From Ostreococcus lucimarinus (lineage: Eukaryota): 64,000 nt of DNA. Under the pieces are notes generated by a model. It searched no databases, was not told where the DNA came from, and saw nothing but the letters and a program-made list of their open reading frames with translations. Numbering within the stretch: position 1 is the stretch's first letter; the number at the start of each line of letters is the position of its first letter. Both the position numbers and the translations under genes were made by a program. The stretch lies in NCBI GenBank assembly GCA_000092065.1, contig CP000600.1. One strand, 5' to 3'. Below are positions 1-9,736 of the stretch, piece after piece.

Positions 1-1246
1 CGAGGCGGGCGCCGAGCTGCTTGCCATCGGAGAAGACGAGCAACGCTGGACCATCCCACGCTTCTTGCATCCCAGCGTAATAATCGTAGAAATCATGAAC
101 TTCCGGGAACGTCGCATCGAGTTCGGGGTGGTTGCGGTGCGCTTCTGGCACAAGCAACATCATAGTCTCCGCCGGCGCGCGGCCGGTTCTCACCAGGAGC
201 TCCGCGACTCTGTCGAGGTTGGCGGAATCGGAGGCAGCCGGATTACAGATCGGGCGGAATTCCGGTTCACGACCGCCCCAGATCGGGTTCTCCATATCAG
301 CTTCCTTAGACGCCATCCAGTTCAAGTTACCTTGAAGGGTGTTGATCTCACCGTTGTGTCCCAAGAAACGCATCGGTTGCGAGAGTGGCCACTTCGGCGT
401 CGTGTTCGTGGAGAAACGGCGGTGGTAAATCGAGAACTGCGACTCGTAGTCGGGGTCTTCCAAATCCTTGTAGAACTTGCCCAACACCGCGGATCGAAGC
501 ATACCCTTGTACACAATCGTGCGGGAGCTCAAGGTGCAAATGTAGAAGCTCTCAGCTAACACGGCGTCGGAGCTCGCCGACTTTTCGCACGTCTTGCGCG
601 CGATGAACAACTTGCGCTCGAGCTCTTCGCGTTCCAAGCCCGCCCCGTCGACGAGAATCTGTTCGTGCACCGGGCACGTCATCTTCGCGAGCGGACCGAC
701 GACGGAGTTGTCCACCGGAACCGCACGCCAACCGAGCACCTTGAGGCCTTCGGCGACGCAGCTCGCCTCAAGAATCTTCTTCGCCTCAGCCGCCTTGGCA
801 CCGTCGGTGGGCAACATAACCATACCGACCGCCGAGGAGCCTTCAGAGAATCCACTGATACCATTCGCCGCGCACCACTTGTCCAAAAGCTTCCACGGAA
901 TGTGCGTCATGACACCGACACCATCACCAGAGTCGTTGTCCGCCGAGCACGCCCCGCGGTGCTCCATGCACCCGACAGCCATCAAGGAATCTTTCACAGT
1001 CTTGTGCGTGCGCTCACCCTTCAACGAAGCGATGAAACCGACCCCGCACGCATCATGCTCTTCCAAAAGCTGCGTGTTATCCACCGCACCGCCTTCATAC
1101 ACGGGCCAATCGCCGTACACCGACCCTCGCTCCGCCAGGCACACCGTCTTCGCGCGGTCGCGTCCCGGCACGCGCACCGTCGAGCACTTGGGCAACGCCG
1201 CGGGCTTACGCAACGTCACCGGGGACGGAGTAAACTTCTGCGCGAT
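1..1246 (-). CDS. Glutamate synthase (GOGAT), N-terminal amidotransferase domain; 3' part runs off the left edge of the window and the 5' exon is unresolved
   Basis: Reverse-strand translation gives ...NTQLLEEHDA-CGVGFIASLKGERTHKTVKDSLMAVGCMEH... and ...AASDSANLDRVAELLVRTGRAPAETMMLLVPEAHRNHPELDATFPEVHDFYDYYAGMQEAWDGPALLVFSDGKQLGARL. These are hallmark GOGAT class-II amidotransferase motifs (catalytic Cys1; FYDYY...WDGPALL). The gene is absent from the ORF track because it is truncated at the edge. There is no in-frame ATG between the upstream stop (about 1262) and the catalytic Cys. Confidence 0.8.
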   Translation of the reverse strand, partial: MAQKFTPSPVTLRKPAALPKCSTVRVPGRDRAKTVCLAERGSVYGDWPVYEGGAVDNTQLLEEHDACGVGFIASLKGERTHKTVKDSLMAVGCMEHRGACSADNDSGDGVGVMTHIPWKLLDKWCAANGISGFSEGSSAVGMVMLPTDGAKAAEAKKILEASCVAEGLKVLGWRAVPVDNSVVGPLAKMTCPVHEQILVDGAGLEREELERKLFIARKTCEKSASSDAVLAESFYICTLSSRTIVYKGMLRSAVLGKFYKDLEDPDYESQFSIYHRRFSTNTTPKWPLSQPMRFLGHNGEINTLQGNLNWMASKEADMENPIWGGREPEFRPICNPAASDSANLDRVAELLVRTGRAPAETMMLLVPEAHRNHPELDATFPEVHDFYDYYAGMQEAWDGPALLVFSDGKQLGARL

Positions 1247-1962
1247 GTAAATGATCACACTCTACCGTCAGTCTTCTTCGTTCGACGTTCGATCGACGCC
1301 TTCGCGCCTCGCCTTCGGCCCGTCTTTTAAACGCGCATTCGCCGTTCGTGATTCGTCGCGGGGTGACTCTTGGAAAACAAGCCCTAACCCCCTTCGCGCG
1401 TCGTCGCGCGCGTCTTACGCACCGCTTGGTTCCCCAACGCGCGCATCGTGCCCGCGCTCGCGCTCGCGACGTTTTTGTTACGCATCGCCTGCGCGTGTGC
1501 ACCATTTTTCGCCCCCACGCGCGCGCGATGGCGACGCGCGCGCGCATCCGTCACCGCGACGGGGCTTACGCGCGCGCCCATCGCTTGCATCGCCTTCGCT
1601 CGCTCGCGCGCCCTTCCGGCGCGCGCACGATCGCGACGACGATCAAAGAATTAACCAACCGTTCGTTCGTCCGCTTCGCGCACGACCGATCGTCAAGTCG
1701 CGACGTCACCGGTCGCGTTCTGACGTCGCGCGCGCGCAATCGCGTCGCCTTCGCGAAACGGTTCCGGTCGCCGTCGTCGTTTTTTTCATCACAAAGGCGA
1801 ATTCGTGTCTTCTCTACGCGAGTTTTGCGATCGACCGCGGTGACGTCGCGCGAGTGGATCGAATGTCGGGTGTCTCGGCACCTCGCCTGTGTGACAGTGT
1901 GACACCTGCGACACGGCCAGCATTGCGCGTCGCGCGCGCGGTGGGACGCGGAAGCCGAAAGA

Positions 1963-4506
1963 ATGGAGTCGAAAAATAAAGCTTCGCGTGAACGGACGCG
2001 AACGCGGCGAGCGCGGCGAGCGTCGATTGGGTGTCGCGCTTTCGCGGCGTTGGCGAGTTGGTGCTGCGCGTCGCGGGCGCGAGGCGCGCACGGACGCTCG
2101 TGCGGGACGTGGGACGTCGCGCGGGTGGCGAACGTGGTGAATGGAATTGAAATTATGATCAGTGGGGGCTCGAGGGTGGAGGAAGCGCCGCGGACGGTGT
2201 GGGTGAATGGACGAGAGCGCTGCGCGAGCGAGTCGTTCTCGACGACGGCGACGACGGCGACATGCGTCATCGTCGAAGCGAACGAAAGAGCGCTGCGTGC
2301 GGCGAGAGATTTTGTGCGAGAGTTTACGTCAGTAGGTCGTGTGCAAGTGTGGGTGGCGAGTTTGCCGCCACGACTGATCGTGGACGCAACGACGAATACG
2401 CGGCACGCGTTGCGTACGATGGACGACGTCCTGAACGCGACGCGGACGGAGACGGAGACGAAAGAAGCGGATTTCAGGGTTGCTACCACCCGTGTTTACG
2501 CGTCATTCACCGTCGATGATCGCCAGTACGAAGAGAGCGCGGAGTATAAAGCCTTTGTCATCGCAACGAGTCACGCGCTCGATTCAACATCAAGGATGAG
2601 AACGCCAATCGATCCGCCTCGCGCGGGTGGCGCCGAAATATTTCGTCTCGACCTTGCAAACGCAACAAAGACGATCGAATTCATTGATCATCACCGAACG
2701 CGGTCGTTTTATCGCGTGACGTGTTGCGTTTCGGTTGGGCGATCGACTTTTGTACTATCCTTCGACGACGGCTCAGAGTGCACCGTGCGGTCGCCGAGTC
2801 GCGATCCAGTAAGACACTTGCGAGGAACAACCAATGATCCTTGCGTCGCCAAAGATCTCAGCCTACCTTATCCGGACGATATCACGTTAGAGTTTACGCC
2901 AAGCGAGCGAGCGACGTTCGACGAGTACCGAGGATTTTATCGTGGAAGTTACGAGAAAATGATGCGAGCCAAATCGAAATTTGCGCTCGCGGTGAGATTT
3001 GATGAAGGCCCGCGCTTGAGAGCTACGGCGCGTTTTCGAGGTGTATCCTCATTTCGAGATTGTGAACGGCGAAAGAGTCTCACCGTAGAGCTCGACGGGC
3101 GAGGCGTGCGCTTGATGCCTGGTTCCTTCGGGACAAAATTCCTGCTGATCAGCCTGTGCATCGATGATCGATACGTAAAGACACACCTCGTGTTGTCGAT
3201 GGCGAAGGCGCTCGGGACGTTTCCGCACGCTTTTCGATACGTCAGGTTAAAAATACGCACACGTGGTCAGAAAAGAGTGGAACATTCTGGCTTATACCTG
3301 CTCATGGATGACCCAAAGTCTTCGCTCGAGCGCGCGCACAATCAGCTCTCCGTCGTCGTGCGCCGACGGTTCGATCCAGCGAGGAAGAATTTTACCAGTT
3401 CCAAGGGTGTGCCCGAAGTGAAATCTTATCCAAATACAGATATTGAAGCAATCGCAGGTCGCGTACGATACGAACGCGTCGTTCTCGCAAGCGAGAGCTG
3501 CGAAGATAAAGCTTGTTTCGACGTTTTGAACAATTTGATCGACCTAGAAGGCTACCTTAGTTGGATGGCGCTGATGACGTGGGTCGAGTCGGGCGATTAC
3601 GTCGATGAACTCTGGTTATACGCATCAAATGAGAATGATGGGAAGCACCGTTTCAAAGTTCACGCGTGGGACCCTGACGATTCTTTTGAGTCTTGTCATC
3701 ACGGCGGCGAAGATGCAATCGTTGGGCTAGGCAATCTCCTGTACTGCGCGGAGGGCGCCATCGATCGCGTACTCGTACGATCTGAAAGCATGCGTGCTCA
3801 TTACATCAAGATTCTCAACGAAGTTCTTCGAGATAGACTAAACGAGCGAGCACTTCGGGAGATCGTTGATGCGCAAGAAGGACAAATTCGTCGGCTCCTC
3901 AACGACGATGACACCGCTCTCGGCCTGCTTGAGCTTCGGGAAATCGAGCCATCGATCGATAGCGCGACGGAGGCTGTGAGTGAAATCATCGGTTCATTGC
4001 GTTATTACAGAGACGTGATAAATTTTCGCAGACGTTCCTTGTTGCGCGACGCAGAAGCTTACGCATCATTCGACCCGAGCGCCACGGCGTGGACGTCGCA
4101 ACCAACGGCGGACGATTGCGACGATGGTGCGCCTACATTAGTGACGCAAGTACGAAGTTATGATAGGATTGATCAAGATATTTTGCTCAAAGTCAGTGGT
4201 AATGGTGGATCATACGCGCTGAACGTGTCTTTTGATCCCATCGTTGTCTACAATGGCTCGACGTACGTCGCCACGCGAGACGAGTTCGTGCTGGAGAGAT
4301 GGTCTTCTGAACAACACGAAAATGTCACACGCATGGCGATGTCATCGCCATGCGTGAGAACTTTCATCGGGGGTGGATACATCGTTCTGAGTTCCATTTG
4401 CGATGACTCAATCCCTCACATGTTTTCACTGCATCATCGATTCTGGCATGGTTTTGCCAACGCGTCTTCGCCGATGATAGTTAGTCGCCTACTCGGATGT
4501 GTGTGA
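1963..4506 (+). CDS. CotH kinase-like domain protein (hypothetical)
   Basis: 847-aa ORF starting at an ATG. The central region DLEGYLSWMALMTWVESGDYVDELWLYASNENDGKHRFKVHAWDPDDSFESC resembles the CotH family signature (..NNYYLY..WDLDxSFG) from my recall of the family. The N-terminal part is low-complexity. Confidence 0.4.
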   Translation: MESKNKASRERTRTRRARRASIGCRAFAALASWCCASRARGAHGRSCGTWDVARVANVVNGIEIMISGGSRVEEAPRTVWVNGRERCASESFSTTATTATCVIVEANERALRAARDFVREFTSVGRVQVWVASLPPRLIVDATTNTRHALRTMDDVLNATRTETETKEADFRVATTRVYASFTVDDRQYEESAEYKAFVIATSHALDSTSRMRTPIDPPRAGGAEIFRLDLANATKTIEFIDHHRTRSFYRVTCCVSVGRSTFVLSFDDGSECTVRSPSRDPVRHLRGTTNDPCVAKDLSLPYPDDITLEFTPSERATFDEYRGFYRGSYEKMMRAKSKFALAVRFDEGPRLRATARFRGVSSFRDCERRKSLTVELDGRGVRLMPGSFGTKFLLISLCIDDRYVKTHLVLSMAKALGTFPHAFRYVRLKIRTRGQKRVEHSGLYLLMDDPKSSLERAHNQLSVVVRRRFDPARKNFTSSKGVPEVKSYPNTDIEAIAGRVRYERVVLASESCEDKACFDVLNNLIDLEGYLSWMALMTWVESGDYVDELWLYASNENDGKHRFKVHAWDPDDSFESCHHGGEDAIVGLGNLLYCAEGAIDRVLVRSESMRAHYIKILNEVLRDRLNERALREIVDAQEGQIRRLLNDDDTALGLLELREIEPSIDSATEAVSEIIGSLRYYRDVINFRRRSLLRDAEAYASFDPSATAWTSQPTADDCDDGAPTLVTQVRSYDRIDQDILLKVSGNGGSYALNVSFDPIVVYNGSTYVATRDEFVLERWSSEQHENVTRMAMSSPCVRTFIGGGYIVLSSICDDSIPHMFSLHHRFWHGFANASSPMIVSRLLGCV

Positions 4507-4529
4507 TGCATCTAAGTTGTATAGCAATC

Positions 4530-5432
4530 CTACTGCGGCGCTTCTGGGACCGGCGCCGCGGATTTCCACTCTGGTTTGAGCCCCCACAAACCCATATTCG
4601 GCCCACGTCTCGTCAAAAGCGCGATTTCGCCCAAGTTTGTCTTTAGCCAATCCACCGGTTGCTTCGTCTCGAGGATCAGCTGCTTCAGACTCCAATACGG
4701 TTGTCGCTCGAACAACCCGAAGAGGACATTTTCCAGGGCCTTCTTTTCCATGCGTTCCTTCTTTTCCTTCTTATTTGATGCGGCGTCGGTGAACCGAATC
4801 AAGTTTCTCGCCTTGGGCAGCGGCGCGAAACGCATCTCAGACGAGCTCTGCGTTACTCTCGTCTTAGTCTGTGCCTGAATCATGCGATCTTTACTAACTC
4901 TATGGTAATCGACATCGTCGATCGATGTCGGACGCATGTCTAACTTCAAGTCCACTTTGGCCTCGAGGGTGATGTCCGCCTGCCCGCTCGTCGTCCCCTC
5001 GCGAACGTCGGAAAACACGCGCATCGGCATATCACTCGGCTGATTGGCTAAAATGTACTGCTTCGGCACGCCGTTCGCCTCTTTTCCGGTGAGTTCCATG
5101 ATCGCGTGCGTCATGTGCTTGGTTTTGTCCTCCTGGAACGGGTCGACGAAGACGCGAACTGTGCCGATGGCGGGCTCGTCCTCCTCCTTGGTGTCCGTAT
5201 CCATGTCATCATCATCCGCCATCGCCTGCTTACTCGCCGCCGCGGCTTCGTGGAACACTCGCGAAACAAATTTCGGCACCTTGACTAACCACGCGTTGCG
5301 ATCGCCCCGCGTGGTGTCGAGCGCGGTGGGCCACAAATACGCCTTGAGCGCGTCGACGACGGCTTCTGGAATGTCCGCCTCCTTAATCCCGAGAATCTTG
5401 CACGCCTGGTGTCGCCAGTGCGCGCGATACAT
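4530..5432 (-). CDS. Transcription initiation factor IIF beta subunit (RAP30/TFIIF-beta)
   Basis: AWLVKVPKF near the N-terminus, and a C-terminal winged helix KKALENVLFGLFERQPYWSLKQLILETKQPVDWLKTNLGEIALLTRRGPNMGLWGLKPEW that matches RAP30. The start is set at the first in-frame ATG (MYRAHW...); the track start is a GTG. Confidence 0.8.
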   Translation of the reverse strand: MYRAHWRHQACKILGIKEADIPEAVVDALKAYLWPTALDTTRGDRNAWLVKVPKFVSRVFHEAAAASKQAMADDDDMDTDTKEEDEPAIGTVRVFVDPFQEDKTKHMTHAIMELTGKEANGVPKQYILANQPSDMPMRVFSDVREGTTSGQADITLEAKVDLKLDMRPTSIDDVDYHRVSKDRMIQAQTKTRVTQSSSEMRFAPLPKARNLIRFTDAASNKKEKKERMEKKALENVLFGLFERQPYWSLKQLILETKQPVDWLKTNLGEIALLTRRGPNMGLWGLKPEWKSAAPVPEAPQ

Positions 5433-5784
5433 CGACGGTGGACCATCCTTTCTCCACACTGGATCGTCATACTTCTCCGCACCCGCCCTGTGATGGATGA
5501 AACGCGCGCGTCGCTCGGTCAGTCGGCCCGTTCGCCCGGCGAGATCGACTCAAAACTTCCCCATCATCGCCCTCAACCTCCCTCCCGCCGCGCGTCGCGA
5601 CCGCGCACTGCGCGCACACGTACCCTAATCGCTCGTGATTCAACAATCCGAGCACCTGTTTCACCTTCCCCGCCGCCGTTCGCTTCTTCGTCAACCAATC
5701 CTTGATCGCCTGTTGCAACTCCTCCGAGTTCGCCGGCAACTCCTCGTCCTGCGTTCGCCATCGCGGCATCGCGCGCGCGTCGTC

Positions 5785-5792
5785 AGTCACCA

Positions 5793-5814
<22 letters not shown>
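5785..5814. repeat. (GTC)10 microsatellite
   Basis: Perfect gtc x10, visible directly in the sequence. On the minus strand it reads as a poly-Thr/Asp tract within a low-complexity leader. Confidence 0.85.
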
Positions 5815-5824
<10 letters not shown>

Positions 5825-6288
5825 CCTCGCGTCCCGCGCGTCGTCCGTCTCGTCCCCGCGCGCGTTCGCCTCCGCCCATCCATCCGTCGTCGTCGTTTCC
5901 TCGTCGTTTCCTCCCCCCCCCGCGCCGTCGCCGACGTCCTCGCGCGCGCGCGTCGCACCTCTTCGCTCATCCTCGCGCCTCCGCGCCGTCGCGCGCCCGT
6001 CGTCGTGTGCGGCGGCGTCCCGCGCGCGCGCGACGTCGCCGCGCCGAAATCCTCGCCTCGGCGCCCGCCGCCGACGTCGTCGCTGTGTACCCATACACCC
6101 GTACCCTTGAGTCGTGAACCGTCGACAAAAAGCACGGTCGCGCATCCATCGATCGCGTCGATCGCTCGCGCGCGCGCGACCCGCGCGGCGTCGATCGCTC
6201 GCGCGCGCCCGACCTCGCGACGCGGGTCGACGACGATCGCGCGTCGCGATCCGACGAACCGGGCACCCTCGACCGCACCGCGCGACCG

Positions 6289-7344
6289 ATGGATCGACAC
6301 GCGTTCTTCGCCGCGCAGGCGTGGTTGACGGCGACGACGACGCGCGCGCGCGACGGCGCGCGTGCGAGCGACGACGGCGACGGCGACGACGGCGCGACGC
6401 GCGAGCGCGAGGAGATATACGCCGGGACGTGCTCGTTTTCGTGCGCGGACGAGGAGCAGTACGAGACGCGGGCGATCGCGACGATGGACGGCGACGACGC
6501 GGCGGACGACGGGGAGGACGACGCGGCGGACGACGGGGAGGAGGACGCGGCGGAGAATGGAAGAGGGCGACGGCGCGCGCGGCCGCGCGGCGCGCTGGCG
6601 AGAGATGCGCAGCACTTGACGTTCGGGACGACGGCGACGCTGCGCGACCCGGCGAGCGTTCGAGTGTCGTTCGCGGCGGTGAAAACGACGTTCGGAGCGA
6701 GCTCGGGAACGGGGTCGGGATCGACGAGCGTGGGGGATGCGACGACGGCGAACGCGCGCGCGCGAATTGAGCTCGAGTGTGAGCTCGACGGTCAGACGTA
6801 CAGGATGTCGACGCGAACGTGCCGCGCCGTCGTGAAATCGTTCAAGGAGACGGCGCGATCGGGGCACACCGAGGCTTTTCCGCGGTATTTGAGCGTCATT
6901 TTCCCTCACGTCACCATGAACGTATACTCTGCCGCGGAATCCGACGCTTCGTGGGACGGTTTGCGCGCGCTCGCGCGCGCTTTGACGGACCCCGCGCTCG
7001 CGACGACGAAGACGACGACGACGACGAGCGAAAACTACGACGACGGACACGACACCGACCCCGACGGAAACGATCCGAGTCCAGTGGGCGTGGGGAAGCC
7101 GAATCCTCTTCCACGTTCGATCGGGAACGAGATCGATCTCGAGACTGTCGCGCTCGCGGACGCCGACGCCTTTGCCGCGCAGCGTTTCGCCGCCGACGCT
7201 CTCTGCGACGCCGCTCGGCTCCTCGTCGCCGACGGCGATCCGTGGCGAACGCTTTCGCACGACTTGCTCGCTCACGGCGTGCGCGACGTTTTCGCGGACG
7301 ATCCATCCGCGTACGCCGGGCGCGCTTTTCCAGGCGACAAGTAA
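6289..7344 (+). CDS. Hypothetical protein
   Basis: ATG-initiated 351-aa ORF with non-repetitive composition in its second half (...IELECELDGQTYRMSTRTCRAVVKSFKETARSGHTEAFPRYLSVIFPHVTMNVYS...). The overlapping minus-strand ORF is R-rich junk. No family recognised. Confidence 0.35.
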   Translation: MDRHAFFAAQAWLTATTTRARDGARASDDGDGDDGATREREEIYAGTCSFSCADEEQYETRAIATMDGDDAADDGEDDAADDGEEDAAENGRGRRRARPRGALARDAQHLTFGTTATLRDPASVRVSFAAVKTTFGASSGTGSGSTSVGDATTANARARIELECELDGQTYRMSTRTCRAVVKSFKETARSGHTEAFPRYLSVIFPHVTMNVYSAAESDASWDGLRALARALTDPALATTKTTTTTSENYDDGHDTDPDGNDPSPVGVGKPNPLPRSIGNEIDLETVALADADAFAAQRFAADALCDAARLLVADGDPWRTLSHDLLAHGVRDVFADDPSAYAGRAFPGDK

Positions 7345-7703
7345 AAGCGTGGACATCCAACCGGGCGATGCGAATCGTCGTATGCGTAAACAGTATGCTC
7401 ATGCGAATCGACAGGGGAGGGCGCCAGCGTGGTTGTCGCGAGGCGCGCCCGCGCCCGTACACCGAGTCGTGCGCTTTCGTCCTGTCGGCGATCGCGCGCG
7501 CGCGGCGCCGAGCGCTCGATCGCGAACGTTCATCCGTAAACGTCTCGATCGCACGCGCGCGCGTCGCGGACGGACGCGTCGTCGCGCGAGCCAGGCGACG
7601 CGCAAAGATCGACGCTCACGCGTTTTCACCCTTCGCGCGTCGTTCACGCGTTTTCCGCGCTTGACGACGCCGCGCGCATCGCACGCGCGCGCATCGACGC
7701 GAA

Positions 7704-8801
7704 ATGAGCGGTGATGGTTTTTTTACGTTCACCGACGCCGATCCGAGCCAGTGGCTGCCCAAAGGGATCGTGGACGAGCGCGAGGAACACGATGCGGGGG
7801 CGTACGCGTCGTTCGCGCTCCCGCAAGGCTCGGCGAGCAGGAGCGCGAGCGACGACAATTCTAGAGGCTCGTTCGATTCGTTTGGGGTGAAATCAAAAGT
7901 GCTCGGGAGCGTGTTGTACGATGATGAAGGATTGATTCCGCTGGGGCTCGGTGGACACGCGTACGTGGACAAGTCGACGTCGCCGAAGAGCACGGCGTCG
8001 CCGACGGCGGCGTTCGTGGCGGATGCGGAGTTCGGCGCGGCGGCGGCGAGTGGATCGAGATTACGTGGGCCTTCTGGTCCTCGACGCGCTGGTCAAGGAG
8101 TCGAGGAAGAAGAACAGCAAGTGGCATCCATAGAGGTCATGGCGAACGGTGGTTTGCGACTGCGCGTGACGCTGCTCGCGGCGGGATTCGTCATCGGCGC
8201 CAGCGGAGCGTCGATTCGAGAAATTATGCGTCACACCGGTTCGACGATTCAGTCTTGGACGCAGCAACCCGAAATGGGGGTATATCATCGTCCATGCCGC
8301 GTTTTCTGCATCCAAGGCTTGCCCGAATCCGTCATGGCGGCCTCGAATATCATCCACGAAGCCGTCGAGCGATACAAGGAGTTGTGCGAAGGGAAGCGCC
8401 GCGGAGAGTTTGTGCAGCGATTGCAGTACATTCGCGGCGTTGAATTCTCGTACCAACCGCCTCCGAAAAATGCTGTACCAAATGCTGCCTCCGTGAATGG
8501 CGCCACTCGTCAAGGTACGAATCCACTCCTGATGCCGAGGCAACCGACGAATGCGGCGAATGAAACCATGCGCCTCCTCGCCGCCGCGCAGGCGCAGCGA
8601 GCCGCTATGCAACATTACCAAAACCTTGCGACACAATCCTACGCCGCGGGGTTAGCCGCCGGTGCTAAGATGGGTCATGTTCCGGCGATATCGGCGATGT
8701 CGGCGATGCCAGACTCTGAGAATCCTTTTGCCGCCGCTCAAATGCCGAACCCAAGTGATTTTTTCACCGCGTTCAGCGCGCAAACTCGCCCGAATGTTTG
8801 A
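7704..8801 (+). CDS. KH-domain RNA-binding protein
   Basis: LRLRVTLLAAGFVIGASGASIREIMRHTGSTIQSW... is a type-I KH motif (VIGxxGxxI). ATG at 7704. Confidence 0.6.
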   Translation: MSGDGFFTFTDADPSQWLPKGIVDEREEHDAGAYASFALPQGSASRSASDDNSRGSFDSFGVKSKVLGSVLYDDEGLIPLGLGGHAYVDKSTSPKSTASPTAAFVADAEFGAAAASGSRLRGPSGPRRAGQGVEEEEQQVASIEVMANGGLRLRVTLLAAGFVIGASGASIREIMRHTGSTIQSWTQQPEMGVYHRPCRVFCIQGLPESVMAASNIIHEAVERYKELCEGKRRGEFVQRLQYIRGVEFSYQPPPKNAVPNAASVNGATRQGTNPLLMPRQPTNAANETMRLLAAAQAQRAAMQHYQNLATQSYAAGLAAGAKMGHVPAISAMSAMPDSENPFAAAQMPNPSDFFTAFSAQTRPNV

Positions 8802-8932
8802 TTGTACTGTCCAAGCGACGAATCTCAAGATTGTTGAACGAAGAGTTGATATTGAAGATATATAGCCAACCTTGGCGAATTCGCATGTAACCATTAGCGC
8901 CTTGAAAACTGATATTTTGTTTCTACAACAGT

Positions 8933-9622
8933 CTACGGCCTCGAAAAACGCAGAGGCTTGTCTCGCAAGTAATAAAGCTTTGCTCTGCGCACTTTCCTAC
9001 GCTCGACGACTTCCATCGCCTTAATATTCGGCGTGAACAGCGGAAACGACCGCTCGACGACGAGATTTCCTATCGCGCTTCGCAAGGTAAAGCTAGATCC
9101 CATCCCTCTGTGCCGCTTGGCGATGCAAATCCCCGTAAACGTCTGCGTGCGCCTGTTATTCTCCGGCACTTCGAGCGTCAACTTCACCACATCTCCCGGT
9201 CGAAACGGTACGATCGCGCGTTCTTTCGCCAACTCCTTCATGTGTTCCCTCTCAAGCGTCTCCATGATGTGTCCACATCGCTTAAAATAGCTCTTCCTTT
9301 TCCGCAGCGCCCGCGTCGGCGTCCACGGCGCCGCGCCGCCGCCCGCTTTCCCCCATCCCTCTTGCGTCGCCCCGGCCTCGAAGCTCGTCATCGGCGCCTC
9401 CATCCCGCGCGCCTCCGGTTTCAGTTTCTTCGTCGCGTTCGATCGATCGTGTTTGATCGCGCTCGCCGTCGACGTCGCGATCGCGCGTCGTCCCGTCGTC
9501 GCGCATCCGCGCGCATCGATCGTCGTCCCCGTCGTCGCGCGTCCCGCCTCGCGCGCGCCGCGCTCGCCCGCGCGCGCGCACCGCTCGAGCGCGCGTCCGA
9601 GCGCGCGCCACGCGAACGTCAT
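8933..9622 (-). CDS. Organellar ribosomal protein bL19 with N-terminal targeting extension
   Basis: C-terminal 115 aa KELAKERAIVPFRPGDVVKLTLEVPENNRRTQTFTGICIAKRHRGMGSSFTLRSAIGNLVVERSFPLFTPNIKAMEVVERRKVRRAKLYYLRDK is an unambiguous bL19 match. ATG at 9622; the R/A/T-rich leader is consistent with a presequence. Confidence 0.75.
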   Translation of the reverse strand: MTFAWRALGRALERCARAGERGAREAGRATTGTTIDARGCATTGRRAIATSTASAIKHDRSNATKKLKPEARGMEAPMTSFEAGATQEGWGKAGGGAAPWTPTRALRKRKSYFKRCGHIMETLEREHMKELAKERAIVPFRPGDVVKLTLEVPENNRRTQTFTGICIAKRHRGMGSSFTLRSAIGNLVVERSFPLFTPNIKAMEVVERRKVRRAKLYYLRDKPLRFSRP

Positions 9623-9736
9623 TTCGCGCCTCGCCGCCGTCCCTCGGCCGCGCCGCGTCCGATCGCGTCGTCGCGCTGTGCCGCCGCCCGAGGGTTACGC
9701 GCGCGACCGCACCGCGCGGCGCGCGTCGCGCTCGGC

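Noticed and set aside
1566-2489. 307-aa minus ORF between GOGAT and the CotH-like gene
   Set aside because: Low complexity with no motif, and it overlaps the + ORF's start region. It may still hide the GOGAT first exon, but I could not support a model.
5467-7356. 629-aa minus-strand ORF
   Set aside because: It is almost entirely R/A-rich low complexity and antisense to the more protein-like + ORF at 6289–7344. Only its last ~100 aa (5467–5770, MPRWRTQDEELPANSEELQQAIKDWL...) looks non-random, and that segment is most simply the TFIIF 5' leader. I judged it a GC3-bias artefact.
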